Positions 34,400 through 47,018 of a DNA stretch of 64,000 nucleotides are shown piece by piece. The notes beneath the pieces were generated by a model that saw nothing but the letters and a program-made list of their open reading frames with translations, was not told where the DNA came from and did not search any database. Source of the stretch: an uncultured Chloroflexia bacterium (lineage in GTDB: Bacteria > Chloroflexota > Limnocylindria > QHBO01); contig CAWJIR010000009.1 of the NCBI GenBank assembly GCA_963843015.1, positions 170,226 through 234,225 of the forward strand. Direction: 5' to 3'. The translations under genes were made by a program, and so were the position numbers. Within the stretch, counting starts at the first letter, position 1; each line of letters begins with the position of its first letter.

Positions 34400-36136
34400 C
34401 TAGCTGGCCTGCTTGCCGGGGCGAGGACCGGGGGCTCGGCGCCGACTTCGCCGGGCGTGGCGGCGGCCTTGGCTGCGCGGTCGGCCGACGTGCGCGACTG
34501 GCGCGTACCGGCGGAGCGCCTCGGCAGGCTGGGGCTGGGCGGCTCGGAGCAGCGCCGCGACCTTGGGGTCGAAGGCCTCGACCCCACCCTCCGCATGATC
34601 GTGGAGGCGCTGGATCTCCTCCTGTCCGTCGACCGGGACCTCGTCCCCGAAGACCGCAATGAAGACATCGACCACGGTCGGGTCGAACTGGGTCGCGGCG
34701 TGGCGCCGAAGCTCGGCGAGGGCCTGGGCGTGGGTGAGCGCCGACTTGTACGGACGCTCGTGCACCATGGCGTGGTACGCGTCGGCCACGGCCACGATCC
34801 GTGCGCCGAGAGGGATCTCCTCGCCACGCAGCCCATGTGGGTAGCCGGTGCCGTCGTAGCGCTCGTGGTGGTGGAGCACGATCGGAACCGCGTCGCGCAT
34901 GCTCGTCGCCTGCTCGAGGATGACCTGGCCGATCCGCGGGTGCTCGCCCACGACCTGCCACTCGAGGTCGGTCAGCGAGGAGGGCTTGTCGAGGATCTCG
35001 CCGGGGAGGGCCAGCTTGCCGAGGTCGTGGAGCAGGGCCGCGACGCGAATCCGATCCATCTCGACCCGCGACAGGCCCATGTGGAGACTGACCCCGATCG
35101 CCAGCGCGGCGATCATGTCGGACGGTCGGCCGCGGTGATGCGGCTGGGGCGCCAGGACCGACGCCAGCGCCTGGGCAGCGCTCGCGCTTGCCCAGCGACC
35201 GATGGCCGCCGCGGCATCCCGCCGCTCTGGCGTGATGGCGGCGCGGCGAACGACCGATTCATCGGTGACGCTCCCGAACAGGAAGCTGCGGTTGCGTCCC
35301 TCGGACTTCGCGACGTACATCGCCGCATCGGCCGCATCCACGAGGCGGTCGACCTGGAGCTCCGAGCTGTGCCCGCCGGCCACCCCGATGCTGATCGTCG
35401 CGTCGACGAGGATTCCGGACGCCACGCTGAGCGGTCGGCGCATGACCAGCTCGCGCAGCTCCTCGACCAGGACGAACGCATCCTCCGGCGTGGTCTCGGG
35501 CAGGATGAGCATGAACTCCTCGCCGCCATAGCGGCCGAAGATGTCGCTGGCCCGGATGCTCCGCGTGATGAGGCCGGCGAGCTGCTGGAGGACCGCGTCA
35601 CCGATGCGGTGGCCGTGGCTGTCGTTGATCGACTTGAATCGGTCGATGTCCATGAACGCGACCGACAGCGGTTTCGAGTGGCGGTTCGCCCGCTCCACCT
35701 CGCCGCCAAGGGTCCGGAGGAGTGACTCGCGGTTCGGGATGCCGGTCAGCCGGTCTCGGGTGGCCTGTGCCTCCGCGACCGCGAACGTGCCGGCCGCCCG
35801 GTTGAACGCCCGCGCCAGGCGCCGCTCCGCGGGCACGCCGGACTCCTTGAGGGTGATCGGGGTCCCCTGGTCAACGGTCTGCTCCAGGTCCTTGGCCAGC
35901 CTCGACAGGCGAAGGCCGAAGTAGAACCACGTGGTCAGCGCCATGGCCGTGGCGCCCAGACCGATGGCGAGCCCGACCAGGCCGACCATGAAGCCCCGCG
36001 TCTCCGGGGGCTGGTAGACGAGCATGACGCCGAGGAGGGTCAGGCACGCGACCGCCACGACCGGATACAGGAAGCCGAGCAGCCGCAGGAGCCAGAGCAA
36101 GCCGTCCTCCAGGTCGTGGTGATGAGTTCGCGACAA
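34400..36136 (-). CDS. Bifunctional c-di-GMP enzyme: GGDEF diguanylate cyclase + HD-GYP phosphodiesterase, with N-terminal transmembrane segments
   Basis: Transmembrane N-terminus; GGDEF domain with ...RLTGIPNRESLL...SVAFMDIDRFKSINDSHGHRIGDAVL...IFGRYGGEEFMLILPET (RYGGEEF active site); HD-GYP domain with ...AALLHDLGKLALP...HHHERYDGTGYPHGL. The last ~35 codons of the listed ORF are probably out of frame. Confidence 0.8.
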   Translation of the reverse strand: MSRTHHHDLEDGLLWLLRLLGFLYPVVAVACLTLLGVMLVYQPPETRGFMVGLVGLAIGLGATAMALTTWFYFGLRLSRLAKDLEQTVDQGTPITLKESGVPAERRLARAFNRAAGTFAVAEAQATRDRLTGIPNRESLLRTLGGEVERANRHSKPLSVAFMDIDRFKSINDSHGHRIGDAVLQQLAGLITRSIRASDIFGRYGGEEFMLILPETTPEDAFVLVEELRELVMRRPLSVASGILVDATISIGVAGGHSSELQVDRLVDAADAAMYVAKSEGRNRSFLFGSVTDESVVRRAAITPERRDAAAAIGRWASASAAQALASVLAPQPHHRGRPSDMIAALAIGVSLHMGLSRVEMDRIRVAALLHDLGKLALPGEILDKPSSLTDLEWQVVGEHPRIGQVILEQATSMRDAVPIVLHHHERYDGTGYPHGLRGEEIPLGARIVAVADAYHAMVHERPYKSALTHAQALAELRRHAATQFDPTVVDVFIAVFGDEVPVDGQEEIQRLHDHAEGGVEAFDPKVAALLRAAQPQPAEALRRYAPVAHVGRPRSQGRRHARRSRRRAPGPRPGKQAS

Positions 36137-36364
36137 GCATCGTCGACAGCCGCTCTGCGGGCCATGGGCTGTTCGTCAGGGAGTGGCCGCGGCGGCCGAC
36201 ACGCGGCGGCACGTTTTGGTCGTAGTGCGGTCCGGTGCAGTACCCGCCCCGGACCTCCGGCGGCCGCCTGGCCCCCGAAACGGGATCGCCGCACCCATCT
36301 GCTAGGATGACCGGCGCGCTTCGTGCCGGTTCGGCACGTCCCCATCAGTGAGGCACTATCGCGA

Positions 36365-36949
36365 ATGGAAGGTCTGCCGGACCCGGGCCAGATCTGGAGC
36401 GACTTCACCAGCAACCCGGTTGTGCAGCTGGCTGCGACCCTGATCGTCGTGTACGTCGTGATGCTCTGGCTGGGCACCGCGTACTGGGCGTTCCGCGATA
36501 TGCAGGCGCGGACCGAGAACCCGATCCTGCCCTACTTCGCCTCGGCCCTCATCATCTTCTTCACCCCGCTCGTCTTCCTGTTCGCATGGCTGATGTACAT
36601 CATCATTCGCCCGCGCGAGACGATGGCCGAGGTGTACGAGCGCTCGCTCGCCGAAGAGTCGCTCCTGGCCGAGATGGAGAAGCATCGCAGCTGCCCGACC
36701 TGTCGAGCCCGCGTCTCCGACGACTGGATCGTCTGCCCGAACTGCCGGACCCGACTGCACCGGATCTGCCCCGCCTGCCAGCGGTTGACGGAGCCCTCGT
36801 GGTCGATCTGCGCCTTCTGCGGCACGGAGCTTCCGACCCGAACGCGGCCCGCGGCCGCTGCCGCGCCCGTGGCCGCTGCCGCGGCGGTCGACCGCCCGGA
36901 GTACGCCCCCGAGAAGGGCGCCGTCCCGCAACCGGCGCATAACCCCTGA
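36365..36949 (+). CDS. Double zinc-ribbon domain membrane protein (N-terminal transmembrane segments, C-terminal zinc ribbons)
   Basis: Transmembrane helices LAATLIVVYVVMLWLGTAYWAF and ALIIFFTPLVFLFAWLMYIII. Then CPTCRARVSDDWIVCPNCR and CPACQRLTEPSWSICAFCG are two zinc ribbons. It mirrors the 33612 gene on the far side of the GGDEF/HD-GYP gene. Confidence 0.55.
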   Translation: MEGLPDPGQIWSDFTSNPVVQLAATLIVVYVVMLWLGTAYWAFRDMQARTENPILPYFASALIIFFTPLVFLFAWLMYIIIRPRETMAEVYERSLAEESLLAEMEKHRSCPTCRARVSDDWIVCPNCRTRLHRICPACQRLTEPSWSICAFCGTELPTRTRPAAAAAPVAAAAAVDRPEYAPEKGAVPQPAHNP

Positions 36950-37083
36950 CCGACGCGGCCGACGCCCCGGCCCCACAACCGCCCGACCTGATCTCCGCCC
37001 CGGCTGAGCCGACGCCGCCCGCCCCGCCGGCGGTCACGCGGCCGTCCCGCCTGCGTGGCCGGGCTGGGTCCTGGCCGGCCTCG

Positions 37084-37964
37084 GACTGCTGGTGACCCTG
37101 GGCGGGACGACGTGGCTGCTGTTCATCGCCGCGTCCGGGGTCGTGACCGCGGACTGGCTGCTGCCCGGTGCCCTGACCGCGCTCGGCGGGCTGGCCCTCC
37201 TCGGTAGCCTGGCGTGGCTGGCCGAGCGCGGGATCCGCGCGCGGCGTGACCTCGCCGCCGGAGCGCTATCGGGGCCCCAGCGTCATCCTGCTGTTCGTCC
37301 TGGCGGTGGCGACGGCCAACCTGCTCTCGCTGCCGGTTCTCGTCTCCGCGGCAACGGCCGGACGGGAGGTGACCAATCCAGGACCGATCGCCCTCACCAT
37401 CCTGCTGCTGGTGACCCCGGCCATCTTCGCGGCGGTCGGGCGCCGTGTTCGTCATCCGACCCGACGCCCTGGCCGGCGCGCGATTCACCGATGGGTCACG
37501 GACGGCGTTCAACGTCGGGCGCGGCGTGGCCCTCGGGGCCGGTGGCCTGGGTCGTATCGGCCGCCATCGCGGCGGGTCTCGGCTGGATCATCACCCAGCT
37601 CACCGGCCAGGAGCCGGCCGACAACCAGATCGTCGCCGAGATGGCGACCACCCTCCCGCCGCTGGTCGCGATCGGTCTGATCGGCATCCTCACGCCGATG
37701 GCCGAGGAGTTCTTCTTCCGCTGGATCGCGGTCAACGCCTGGGAACGCGAGCATGGGACCCGGATGGCCATCCTCGGCTCGGCCGCCCTGTTCGGCGCCG
37801 CCCACGTCCTCGGTGGGACGTTGCTCGCGCTGCCCTCGATCTTCCTGCTCGGCCTGATCCTCGCCGCGGCGTACGTGGCCACCCGCAGCCTGCCGCTGGT
37901 GATTGGCGTCCATGCCACGTTCAACTGCCTCTCGCTGGCGGTCCTGTTCCTCGTCGGCATCTGA
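37084..37964 (+). CDS. CPBP-family (CAAX/Abi) intramembrane metalloprotease, frameshifted
   Basis: ...LIGILTPMAEEFFFRWIAVNAW...ILGSAALFGAAHVLGG...AAAYVATRSLPLVIGVHATFNCLSLAVLFL contains the EExxxR, FxxxH and HxxxN/D motifs of the CPBP family. The N-terminal part lies in other frames and the start is uncertain. Confidence 0.65.
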
Positions 37965-38032
37965 GCCCGTGGCCCGGGGCGCAACCGCGCGCTAAGCCGG
38001 CGAAAAACGACGCGGCTGCCACCGTGTCGCGC

Positions 38033-38683
38033 ATGACCCCAGCCCGGCCGGCGGCCGACCGCCTGATGACGGTCGGGCCGTCGTCCGTGCCCGACGATGA
38101 GCTCCTCGCCCTCGTCCTCGGCGGCCGCGCCGCGCTGTCCGCGGCCCGGAGCCTGCTCGACCACTACGGCCTGGCCCGGATCTCCACCATGCTCGTGTCC
38201 GAGCTGGCGGAGGCCGAGGCGATCGGCCCTCGGCGAGGCGCGGCCGTGGCGGCCGCCTTCGAGCTGTCCCGGCGGGCGACGTCCCGCTGGCCGCTGCCCG
38301 GCTGGCGGGTGCGGACCCCGGCTGACGTGGCCGAGCGGCTGCTGCCCGAGATGCGCCACCTCGACCGCGAGGAGCTGCTCGTCTGCCTGCTCAACACCCG
38401 GAACGTGGTCCTCGGCCGCTCGACGGTGTACGTCGGCAACCTGGCCGGGTCCCCGGTCCGCATCGGCGAGGTCTACCGCGAAGCCATTCGGCGCCAGGCC
38501 GCGGCGGTCATCGTGGCGCACAACCACCCCTCGGGTGACCCCTCGCCCTCGAGCGACGACCTGCGGATCACCGCCGACCTGGCCGATGCGGGGCGGCTCC
38601 TGGATATCGAGCTCCTCGACCACCTGGTCATCGGCCACGACCGATGGGTCAGCCTGCGGGCCGCCGGCGCCTGTGACGCCTAG
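38033..38683 (+). CDS. radC: RadC-family JAB/MPN-domain protein
   Basis: ...DDELLALVLGG...ARSLLDHYGLARI...LLVCLLNTRNVVLGRSTVYVGNLAGSPVRIGEVYREAIRRQAAAVIVAHNHPSGDPSPSSDDLRITADLADAGRLLDIELLDHLVIG carries the JAMM-like HNHPSG...S..D motif. Confidence 0.8.
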   Translation: MTPARPAADRLMTVGPSSVPDDELLALVLGGRAALSAARSLLDHYGLARISTMLVSELAEAEAIGPRRGAAVAAAFELSRRATSRWPLPGWRVRTPADVAERLLPEMRHLDREELLVCLLNTRNVVLGRSTVYVGNLAGSPVRIGEVYREAIRRQAAAVIVAHNHPSGDPSPSSDDLRITADLADAGRLLDIELLDHLVIGHDRWVSLRAAGACDA

Positions 38684-39958
38684 GGCAGCGACCACGTGGT
38701 ACAGGCCGCCACCGCCAAGGTCGACGAGGTAGATCTCGCCGGATTCACCCTCGCCGAAGGAGCTCACCTGCAGCCCGCTCTGGAGCACGACCTTGGGCGT
38801 GATCGTGCCCTCGTCGACCTGGAGCGTGAACACGAGGCCACTGCACCAGTCCCCGAAGATGTAGACGCCCTCCAGCTCGGGCTGCGCCGTTCCGCGATAC
38901 ACGTAGCCGCCGATGATCGAGCAGCCAAGCGAATGGTCGTATTCGGCAATCGGCTGCACGAAGCCGGTGACGGTGCACGAGCCACTCAGGCAATGCCGTC
39001 CCTCCATGACCGGCCAGCCATAGTTCAGCCCGCCGGGCGCATCGGCCGGCTGGCGGTTGATCTCTTCCCATGACCCGCCGCCGACGTCGCCGATGAACAG
39101 GTCGCCCCACTCCCGGTCGAAGCTGATGCGCCACGGGTTGCGCATGCCGATGGCCCAGGCCTCGGGCGCCCCACCCCCGGTGGCGAAGGGATTGGTCGGC
39201 GGGATGGCGTACGCGCGACCCGCAGCCGGCGGGCCATTCACGTCGATCCGGAGGATCTTCCCGAGCACGCTGTTGGGGTTCTGGGCGTTGCCGAACTGGT
39301 CGTTCTGCCCACCGCCGTCGCCCATCGAGATGTACAGGTACCCGTCCGGCCCGAAAGCCAGCGCGCCGCCGTTGTGGTTGGCCGCCGGGTCCGGCGACCG
39401 CGATGAGGATGCGCTCCGAGGCCGGATCGGCCTGGTCCGGGTTGCTGCGAGACGTGGTACTCGGCGATGACGTTGGCGCCGTCCGGCTGGCGGGTGTAGG
39501 CCACGAACAGGCGGCCATTGCCCTCGTAGTGGGGGTGGAACGCCAGGCCCAGCAGTCCGCGCTCTCCGCCGGACAGGACGCGCGACACGATGTCGAGGAA
39601 CGGCGCGCTCGCTCTCGTGCCGTCGGGTCTGACGATCTGGATGCGGCCCTCTCGCTCAAGGACGAACAGGCGGTCGGACCCATCGCCGGCACTCGTGACG
39701 GCCGTCGGGTTCGCGAATCCGCCCGACCACGAGCTCCACCTCGAGGGCATCGGGTCCGGATGCCAGCGGTGGCTGCGTCTCGGGCCCGACCGAGGGCGTG
39801 GGCGACGGCGACGCGGACTCGGCGGGCGATTCCCCGCGGACGGCTGCCGCCGACGGGCTGGCGGACGGGCTGTTGCAGGCGGCCACGCAGCACGAGCGCC
39901 GATCGCGAGCAGGGCGACCCGGCTGCGGGGCTGGCCGACGCACGGACCGATCAGTCAT
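38684..39958 (-). CDS. PQQ-dependent sugar (glucose/sorbosone) dehydrogenase-like lipoprotein, frameshifted
   Basis: Lipoprotein signal ...RRSCCVAACNSPSASP. Then ...GGFANPTAVTSAGDGSDRLFVLEREGRIQIVRPDG...LDIVSRVLSGGERGLLGLAFHPHYEGNGRLFVAYT..., ...GGQNDQFGNAQNPNSVLGKILRIDVNG...NPFATGGGAPEAWAIGMRNPWRISFDREWGDLFIGDVGGGSWEEINRQP...NYGWPVMEGRHCL..., which are GSDH beta-propeller motifs. Its stop abuts the radC stop. Confidence 0.7.
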
Positions 39959-40003
39959 GGGTCATACAGCGTACCCGCTCGAATGGGGTAGGGTTCAAGG
40001 GCC

Positions 40004-42135
<2,132 letters not shown>

Positions 42136-42164
42136 GACTCGGGTCGTCCAGAGGCGCTGACCAG

Positions 42165-42940
42165 GTGCCACTCCCCGGGCTGACCTTCCTCGGTCACGCC
42201 ACGGTGCTCATCGAGCTCGGGGGGCTGCGGATCCTGACCGACCCCATCCTCGTCGACCGCCTGATGTTCCTGACCCGGGTCGTCCGTCCGGTCGAGCCCG
42301 TCGCTCTTCGCCGCGGTCGACCTCGTCCTCCTCAGCCACCTGCACATGGACCATTTCGATCGGCTCTCGCTGGCCCGCCTGGATTCCGAGCCAGAGCTCG
42401 TGGTCGGTCCCGGTGGGCGAGGCGCTCGCGCGACGGTGGGGCTGGACCCGGGTCACGGAGCTCGCGCCGGGGCAGTCGCACCGGGTCGGCGAGGTCACGG
42501 TCACGGCCCTGCCGGCCGCCCATCCCGGGTCACGGCCGCCGTTCGGGCCGCGCGGGACGGCCGTCGGCTACCTGCTCGAGTCGGGTGCGGCCCGCATCTA
42601 CTTCGCCGGCGACACGGACCTGTTCCCCGAGATGGCGACCATGCTGTCCGGGCGAGCTCGACGTGGCGCTGCTCCCGATCGGCGGCTGGGGGCCGCGGCT
42701 GGGCAGCGGCCACCTGGATCCGGCACGTGCGGTCGAGGCCGCGGCCCGAATCCAGCCGCGGTTCGCGGTGCCCATCCACTGGGGCACGCTGTGGCCATAC
42801 GGCCTGGATCGGATGTCACCCGGCCATCTCGACAGGCCCTCCAGCCGCGTTCGCCCGTGGCCTCGCCGAGCGGGAGGCGGAGATCGGTGCGCGAGCCTCT
42901 CATCGCCCTTCCCGGCGAGCGGGTACCCTTCATTCCCTGA
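42165..42940 (+). CDS. MBL-fold metallo-hydrolase (frameshifted)
   Basis: ...LTFLGHATVLIELGGLRILTDPILVDRL...VDLVLLSHLHMDHFD... then ...GYLLESGAARIYFAGDTDLFPEMA... then ...LPIGGWGPRLGSGHLDPARAVEAAARIQPRFAVPIHWGTLWP. The SHxHxDH motif is present. Confidence 0.6.
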
Positions 42941-42975
42941 TCCCCCCGGCCCCGACCCGAGGATTCCAGCACGTC

Positions 42976-45066
42976 ATGAGCTCCTGGTTCAGCCGTACGG
43001 CCGCCGCGTATCGCGCGCAGGCCCACGCCCTCCGTCGCCTCCGCCCGACCCCGCTCGGCCTGCTCGTTCGCGTCCTCCTATCCGTGGTTTCCGCGTGGTT
43101 GAGCCTGCTGATCACGATCGCCCTCGCGCCGGGCATCGAGCGGGAGCCGGGGACCTCGGTCCTGCTGGCGGTCGCCGTCATCGGGGCGGCGGACTTCCTC
43201 ATCCGGCCGCTCCTTCTGGCGGCCGTCCTGCCCATCGGCTTCATCGCGGTCTTCGCGGTCGGCTTCCTGTACCGCGCGGCTTCGTTCTTCTTCATCCTGC
43301 CGCTCCTCGGCTTCGATCTCGGCGGATTCGGGAGCGCGGTGGTGGGGGCCGGGATCTACGCCCTGGTCAGCACGATCTTCGGCGGCCTGGTGGGCATGAC
43401 CGACGACGAGTCGTACGGCCAGCGGGTCGTCAACCAGGTCATCAAGGACCAGGAGAAGGTTCCCCACAGCGACGTGCCCGGGGTGGTCGTGATCCAGGTC
43501 GACGGCCTCGCGTTCCCGCTCCTGGTGGCTCAGGTCCGCTCGGGCACCCTCTCCACGCTGTCGCGATGGATCCGATCAGGCTCGCACCGGATGATGGAGT
43601 ACACCGCCGACCTCCCGTCCCAGACCTCCACCGGGCAGGCCGGCCTGCTCCACGGCAACGCCGCCGGCATCCCCGCCTTCCGCTGGTACGAGAAGGAGCG
43701 GCGGCGAATGATGGTCTCCAACCGCCCCGCCGACGCCGCCGAGATCGAGGCCCGCCTCAGCGATGGCAACGGGCTCTTGGCCAACGGCGGCGCATCGATC
43801 GACAACATGTTCTCCGGCGACGCCACCCACGTCCGAATGGTGATGAGCAAGCTGAACAGCAACCTGGACAAGGCCGGCCGCGATCGGAGCATGTACTACT
43901 TCCTGCTCAACCCGTACAGCATCGGTCGGACCATCGTCCGCACCGCTCGGCGAGATCCTGAAGGAGCTGTACCAGGGCTGGCAGCAGCGGCGGCGGGGGA
44001 TCGAGCCGCGGATGCACCGCGGCCTGAAGTTCGCCGGCCTGCGGGCCACTACCAACGTCGTCCTCCGCGACCTGAACCACGCCCTCGTCGCCGAGCAGAT
44101 GCTGCGCGGGACGCCGGTGATGTACTGCGACTTCGTGGACTACGACGACATCGCCCATCACACCGGGCCGGAGCGGCAGGAAGCCCTCCAGTCGCTGGCC
44201 GGGATCGACCGCTCCATCGGTCGCCTGGAGCGGATGGTGCCCGACTGTCCGCGACCGTACCGCTTCGTGATCGTCTCCGACCATGGCCAGAGCCAGGGGG
44301 CGACGTTCCGCCAGCGATACGGGGTAGACGATCGAGGACTGGCTTCGCACCCGAATCGGCGCGGACGTCACGCGCACGGCGACCGCGCCGGTGGAGGACG
44401 CGGGTCGCCTCTCGACCGTCCTGACCGAGGCCAGCTCCGCCGACGGCGCAACTGCCGCCCTCAGCCGTCGCGCCCTCGAAGGCAGCATGGACGACGGCGC
44501 GGTCGAGCTGGGCGCGCTCGGTGACGAGGTGGCCGAGGAGCCGACCGGCGAGCTGCCCGATCTCGTCGTCTGCGCGTCGGGCAACCTGGGGCTGGTCTAC
44601 TTCGGGGTCGCCGAACATCGCATGTCGTTGCCCGAGATCGAGGCCGCCTTCCCGGGCATGATGGACGAGCTCGTCGCCCACGAAGGCATCGGCTTCGCGC
44701 TCGTCCGATCCGGGGACGGCCATCGCCCTGGCCATCGGCCCGAACGGCCGCCACGACCTGTCGGACGGGAGCGTGACCGGCGTCGATCCGGTCGCCCAGT
44801 TCGGCCCCGACGCACCCGACCAGCTGCGCCACCTCGACGGCATCGACCACGTCGGCGACCTTGTCCTGATCAGCCGGCTCGACACCGGCACCGACGAGGT
44901 GGCCGCCTTCGAGGAGCTCATCGGCAGCCACGGCGGGATGGGTGGATGGCAGACCCAGCCGTGCCTGGTCTATCCCGCGGATTGGCCGGCGCCCGATGGG
45001 CGCCTGATGGGCGCCCCGGCCGTCCACCGGCAGCTGAAGCGCTGGATCGCCGCCGAGCAGGGATAG
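42976..45066 (+). CDS. Fusion protein: N-terminal 4-TM holin-like (phage-holin-4/DUF360-type) domain + alkaline-phosphatase-superfamily phosphodiesterase/pyrophosphatase domain (frameshifted)
   Basis: Transmembrane region LLVRVLLSVVSAWLSLLITIALAPGI...VLLAVAVIGAADFLIRPLLLAAVLPIGFIAVFAVGFLYRAASFFFILPLL...AVVGAGIYALVSTIFGGLV. Then ...VVVIQVDGLAFPLL...EYTADLPSQTSTGQAGLLHGN (metal-ligand Thr/Ser region of the AlkP core) and ...YCDFVDYDDIAHHTGPE...FVIVSDHGQSQG.... Confidence 0.6.
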
Positions 45067-45073
45067 GGGGCCG

Positions 45074-46129
45074 GTGGGCATCTTCGACGGCGTCCTCGGC
45101 ATCTTCAGCCACGACCTGGGGATCGATCTCGGAACGGCCAACACCCTGGTCACCGTCCGCCATCGCGGGATCGTCATCAGCGAGCCGTCGGTGGTGGCCA
45201 TGGAGACGCGCTCGAAGCGGGTCCTCGCCATCGGCGCCGAGGCGAAGCGGATGGTCGGTCGGACGCCGGCCAACATCGTCGCCATCCGGCCCCTGCGCGA
45301 CGGGGTGATCAGCGACTTCGACGTGACCGAGCAGATGATCCGGTACTTCATCGAGAAGGTGCACGACCGCTACTTCCGGATCCCGCGGCCCCGGGTCCTG
45401 GTCGGCATCCCGTCCGGCGTGACCGAGGTCGAGAAGCGAGCGGTGCGCGACGCCACCCTCAATGCCCACGCCCGCTGGGCTCGTCTCATCGAGGAGCCGA
45501 TGGCCGCCGCCATCGGCGCCGGCCTGCCGGTCAGCGAGCCATCAGGGTCGCTCATCGTCGACATCGGAGGTGGAACCACCGAGGTTGCGGTCATCTCGCT
45601 CGGCGGCATCGTCGTCAGTCGATCGATCCGGATCGGCGGGGACGAGATGGACCAGGACATCGTCAACTTCGCCCGCCGCGAGTACAACCTGCTGATGGGC
45701 GAGCGGACGGCGGAGGAGATCAAGATCGCCGTCGGCTCGGCGTACCCCGACCTCGACCCGCGGACCGTGACCTTCCGCGGCCGCGACCTGCTGACCGGAC
45801 TCCCGCGCAGCGTGGAGGTGAGCAGCGACCAGATCCGTGAAGCGCTGGAGCCGTCCGTGGCCGCGATCATCCAGGCCATCCGCGACACGATCGAGGAAAC
45901 GCCGCCCGAACTGGTGGCGGACATCATGGACCAGGGGATCGTGCTGGCCGGTGGCGGCGCTCTGCTGGCCGGGCTCGACCGTCGGGTGGCCGAGACGACC
46001 CAGATGCCGGTCCACGTCGCTGATGATCCCCTGACCTGCGTCGTGCGCGGGACGGGCCGGGTGCTGGAAGAGCTCGACACCCTGGAGCGGGTGCTCATCA
46101 CCGAGCAGTACACCCGCGCCCCCCGATAG
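45074..46129 (+). CDS. mreB: Rod shape-determining protein MreB
   Basis: ...DLGIDLGTANTLVTVRHRGIVISEPSVVAME...IRPLRDGVISDFDVTEQMIRYFIEKV...LIEEPMAAAIGAGLPVSEPSGSLIVDIGGGTTEVAVISLGGIV...GIVLAGGGALLAGLDRRVAETTQMPVHVADDPLTCVVRGTGRVLEE is intact and colinear with MreB. Confidence 0.95.
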   Translation: MGIFDGVLGIFSHDLGIDLGTANTLVTVRHRGIVISEPSVVAMETRSKRVLAIGAEAKRMVGRTPANIVAIRPLRDGVISDFDVTEQMIRYFIEKVHDRYFRIPRPRVLVGIPSGVTEVEKRAVRDATLNAHARWARLIEEPMAAAIGAGLPVSEPSGSLIVDIGGGTTEVAVISLGGIVVSRSIRIGGDEMDQDIVNFARREYNLLMGERTAEEIKIAVGSAYPDLDPRTVTFRGRDLLTGLPRSVEVSSDQIREALEPSVAAIIQAIRDTIEETPPELVADIMDQGIVLAGGGALLAGLDRRVAETTQMPVHVADDPLTCVVRGTGRVLEELDTLERVLITEQYTRAPR

Positions 46130-46136
46130 GCCGGGC

Positions 46137-47018
46137 ATGCGCCTGTCCTCGCTGCAGCCTGGTCGCCACACCTCGAGCCCGCACCGCCGCACCGGGCATG
46201 GGATCTGGTGGGCCGTCCTGCTCCTCGTGTCGCTCGGACTGGTCGTCGTCTCGGGAACGGATCCTGCCCGGTCCGTCCAGGAGCTCGGCGCCCGGGCGAT
46301 GGCCCCGGTCCATGCCGCGGTCAGCAGCATCGGAAGGGGGATCGCCGACGTCGTCGGGACGATCGGCGCAATCGGTCAGCTCCGCGCCGAGAACGACGAG
46401 CTGCGGAGCACCCTGGCCGCCGCGGAGCAGCGCATCGCCGAGCTCCAGGAGGCGGCGCGCGAGAATGCGCGGCTGCGGGCCCTCCTCGGCCTGCGCGCCG
46501 TCCTGGGCTGGGATCTGCTGCCGGCACGAGTGGTCGCGGTGGGGACCGGGGCCCTGACCTGGGAGGTGGCGATCGACGCCGGTCGGGACGATGGCGTCGC
46601 GGTGGGCATGCCGGTGATCGGGGCCGCCCCGGGCGGCGGCGCGCTGGCCGGCATGGTCGTCGAGGCCCGCAGCGATCGGGCCATCGTTCTGCTCACCGTT
46701 GACCCGCGAAGTCGAGTCGTCGCCCGGGACCAGGAGACCGACGCGCTCGGCGTGGTCCAGGGCCAGCCGGGTGGTCAGCTGGTCATGACCCAGGTCGCCG
46801 TCACCGACGAAGCCGCGGTCGGCGACACGATCGTCACCGCCGGGCTGGAGATCGAAGGGGTGGCCGCCTCTCCGTACCCGGCGGGGCTGCTCATCGGAAC
46901 CGTATCCGCTCTCGAGACCGATGCGAACGGTCTGACCCGGACGGTGTTCGTCCGCCCGGCTCTGGATCCCCGTGCCGTCGAATGGCTGATGGTGGTTCGG
47001 TCCGCGACGATCGACTGA
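46137..47018 (+). CDS. mreC: Rod shape-determining protein MreC
   Basis: N-terminal transmembrane segment; coiled-coil segment LRAENDELRSTLAAAEQRIAELQEAARENARLRALLGL; C-terminal beta-domain ...GMPVIGAAPGGGALAGMVVEARSDRAIVLLTVDPRSRVVARDQETDALGVVQGQPGGQLVM...GLLIGTV. It follows mreB immediately. Confidence 0.85.
   Translation: MRLSSLQPGRHTSSPHRRTGHGIWWAVLLLVSLGLVVVSGTDPARSVQELGARAMAPVHAAVSSIGRGIADVVGTIGAIGQLRAENDELRSTLAAAEQRIAELQEAARENARLRALLGLRAVLGWDLLPARVVAVGTGALTWEVAIDAGRDDGVAVGMPVIGAAPGGGALAGMVVEARSDRAIVLLTVDPRSRVVARDQETDALGVVQGQPGGQLVMTQVAVTDEAAVGDTIVTAGLEIEGVAASPYPAGLLIGTVSALETDANGLTRTVFVRPALDPRAVEWLMVVRSATID

Noticed and set aside
42976-45066. Prophage or lysis cassette, suggested by the holin-like N-terminal domain
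   Set aside because: The holin-like 4-TM domain is fused to an alkaline-phosphatase-type catalytic domain. No endolysin, terminase, capsid or integrase genes are present anywhere in the window.
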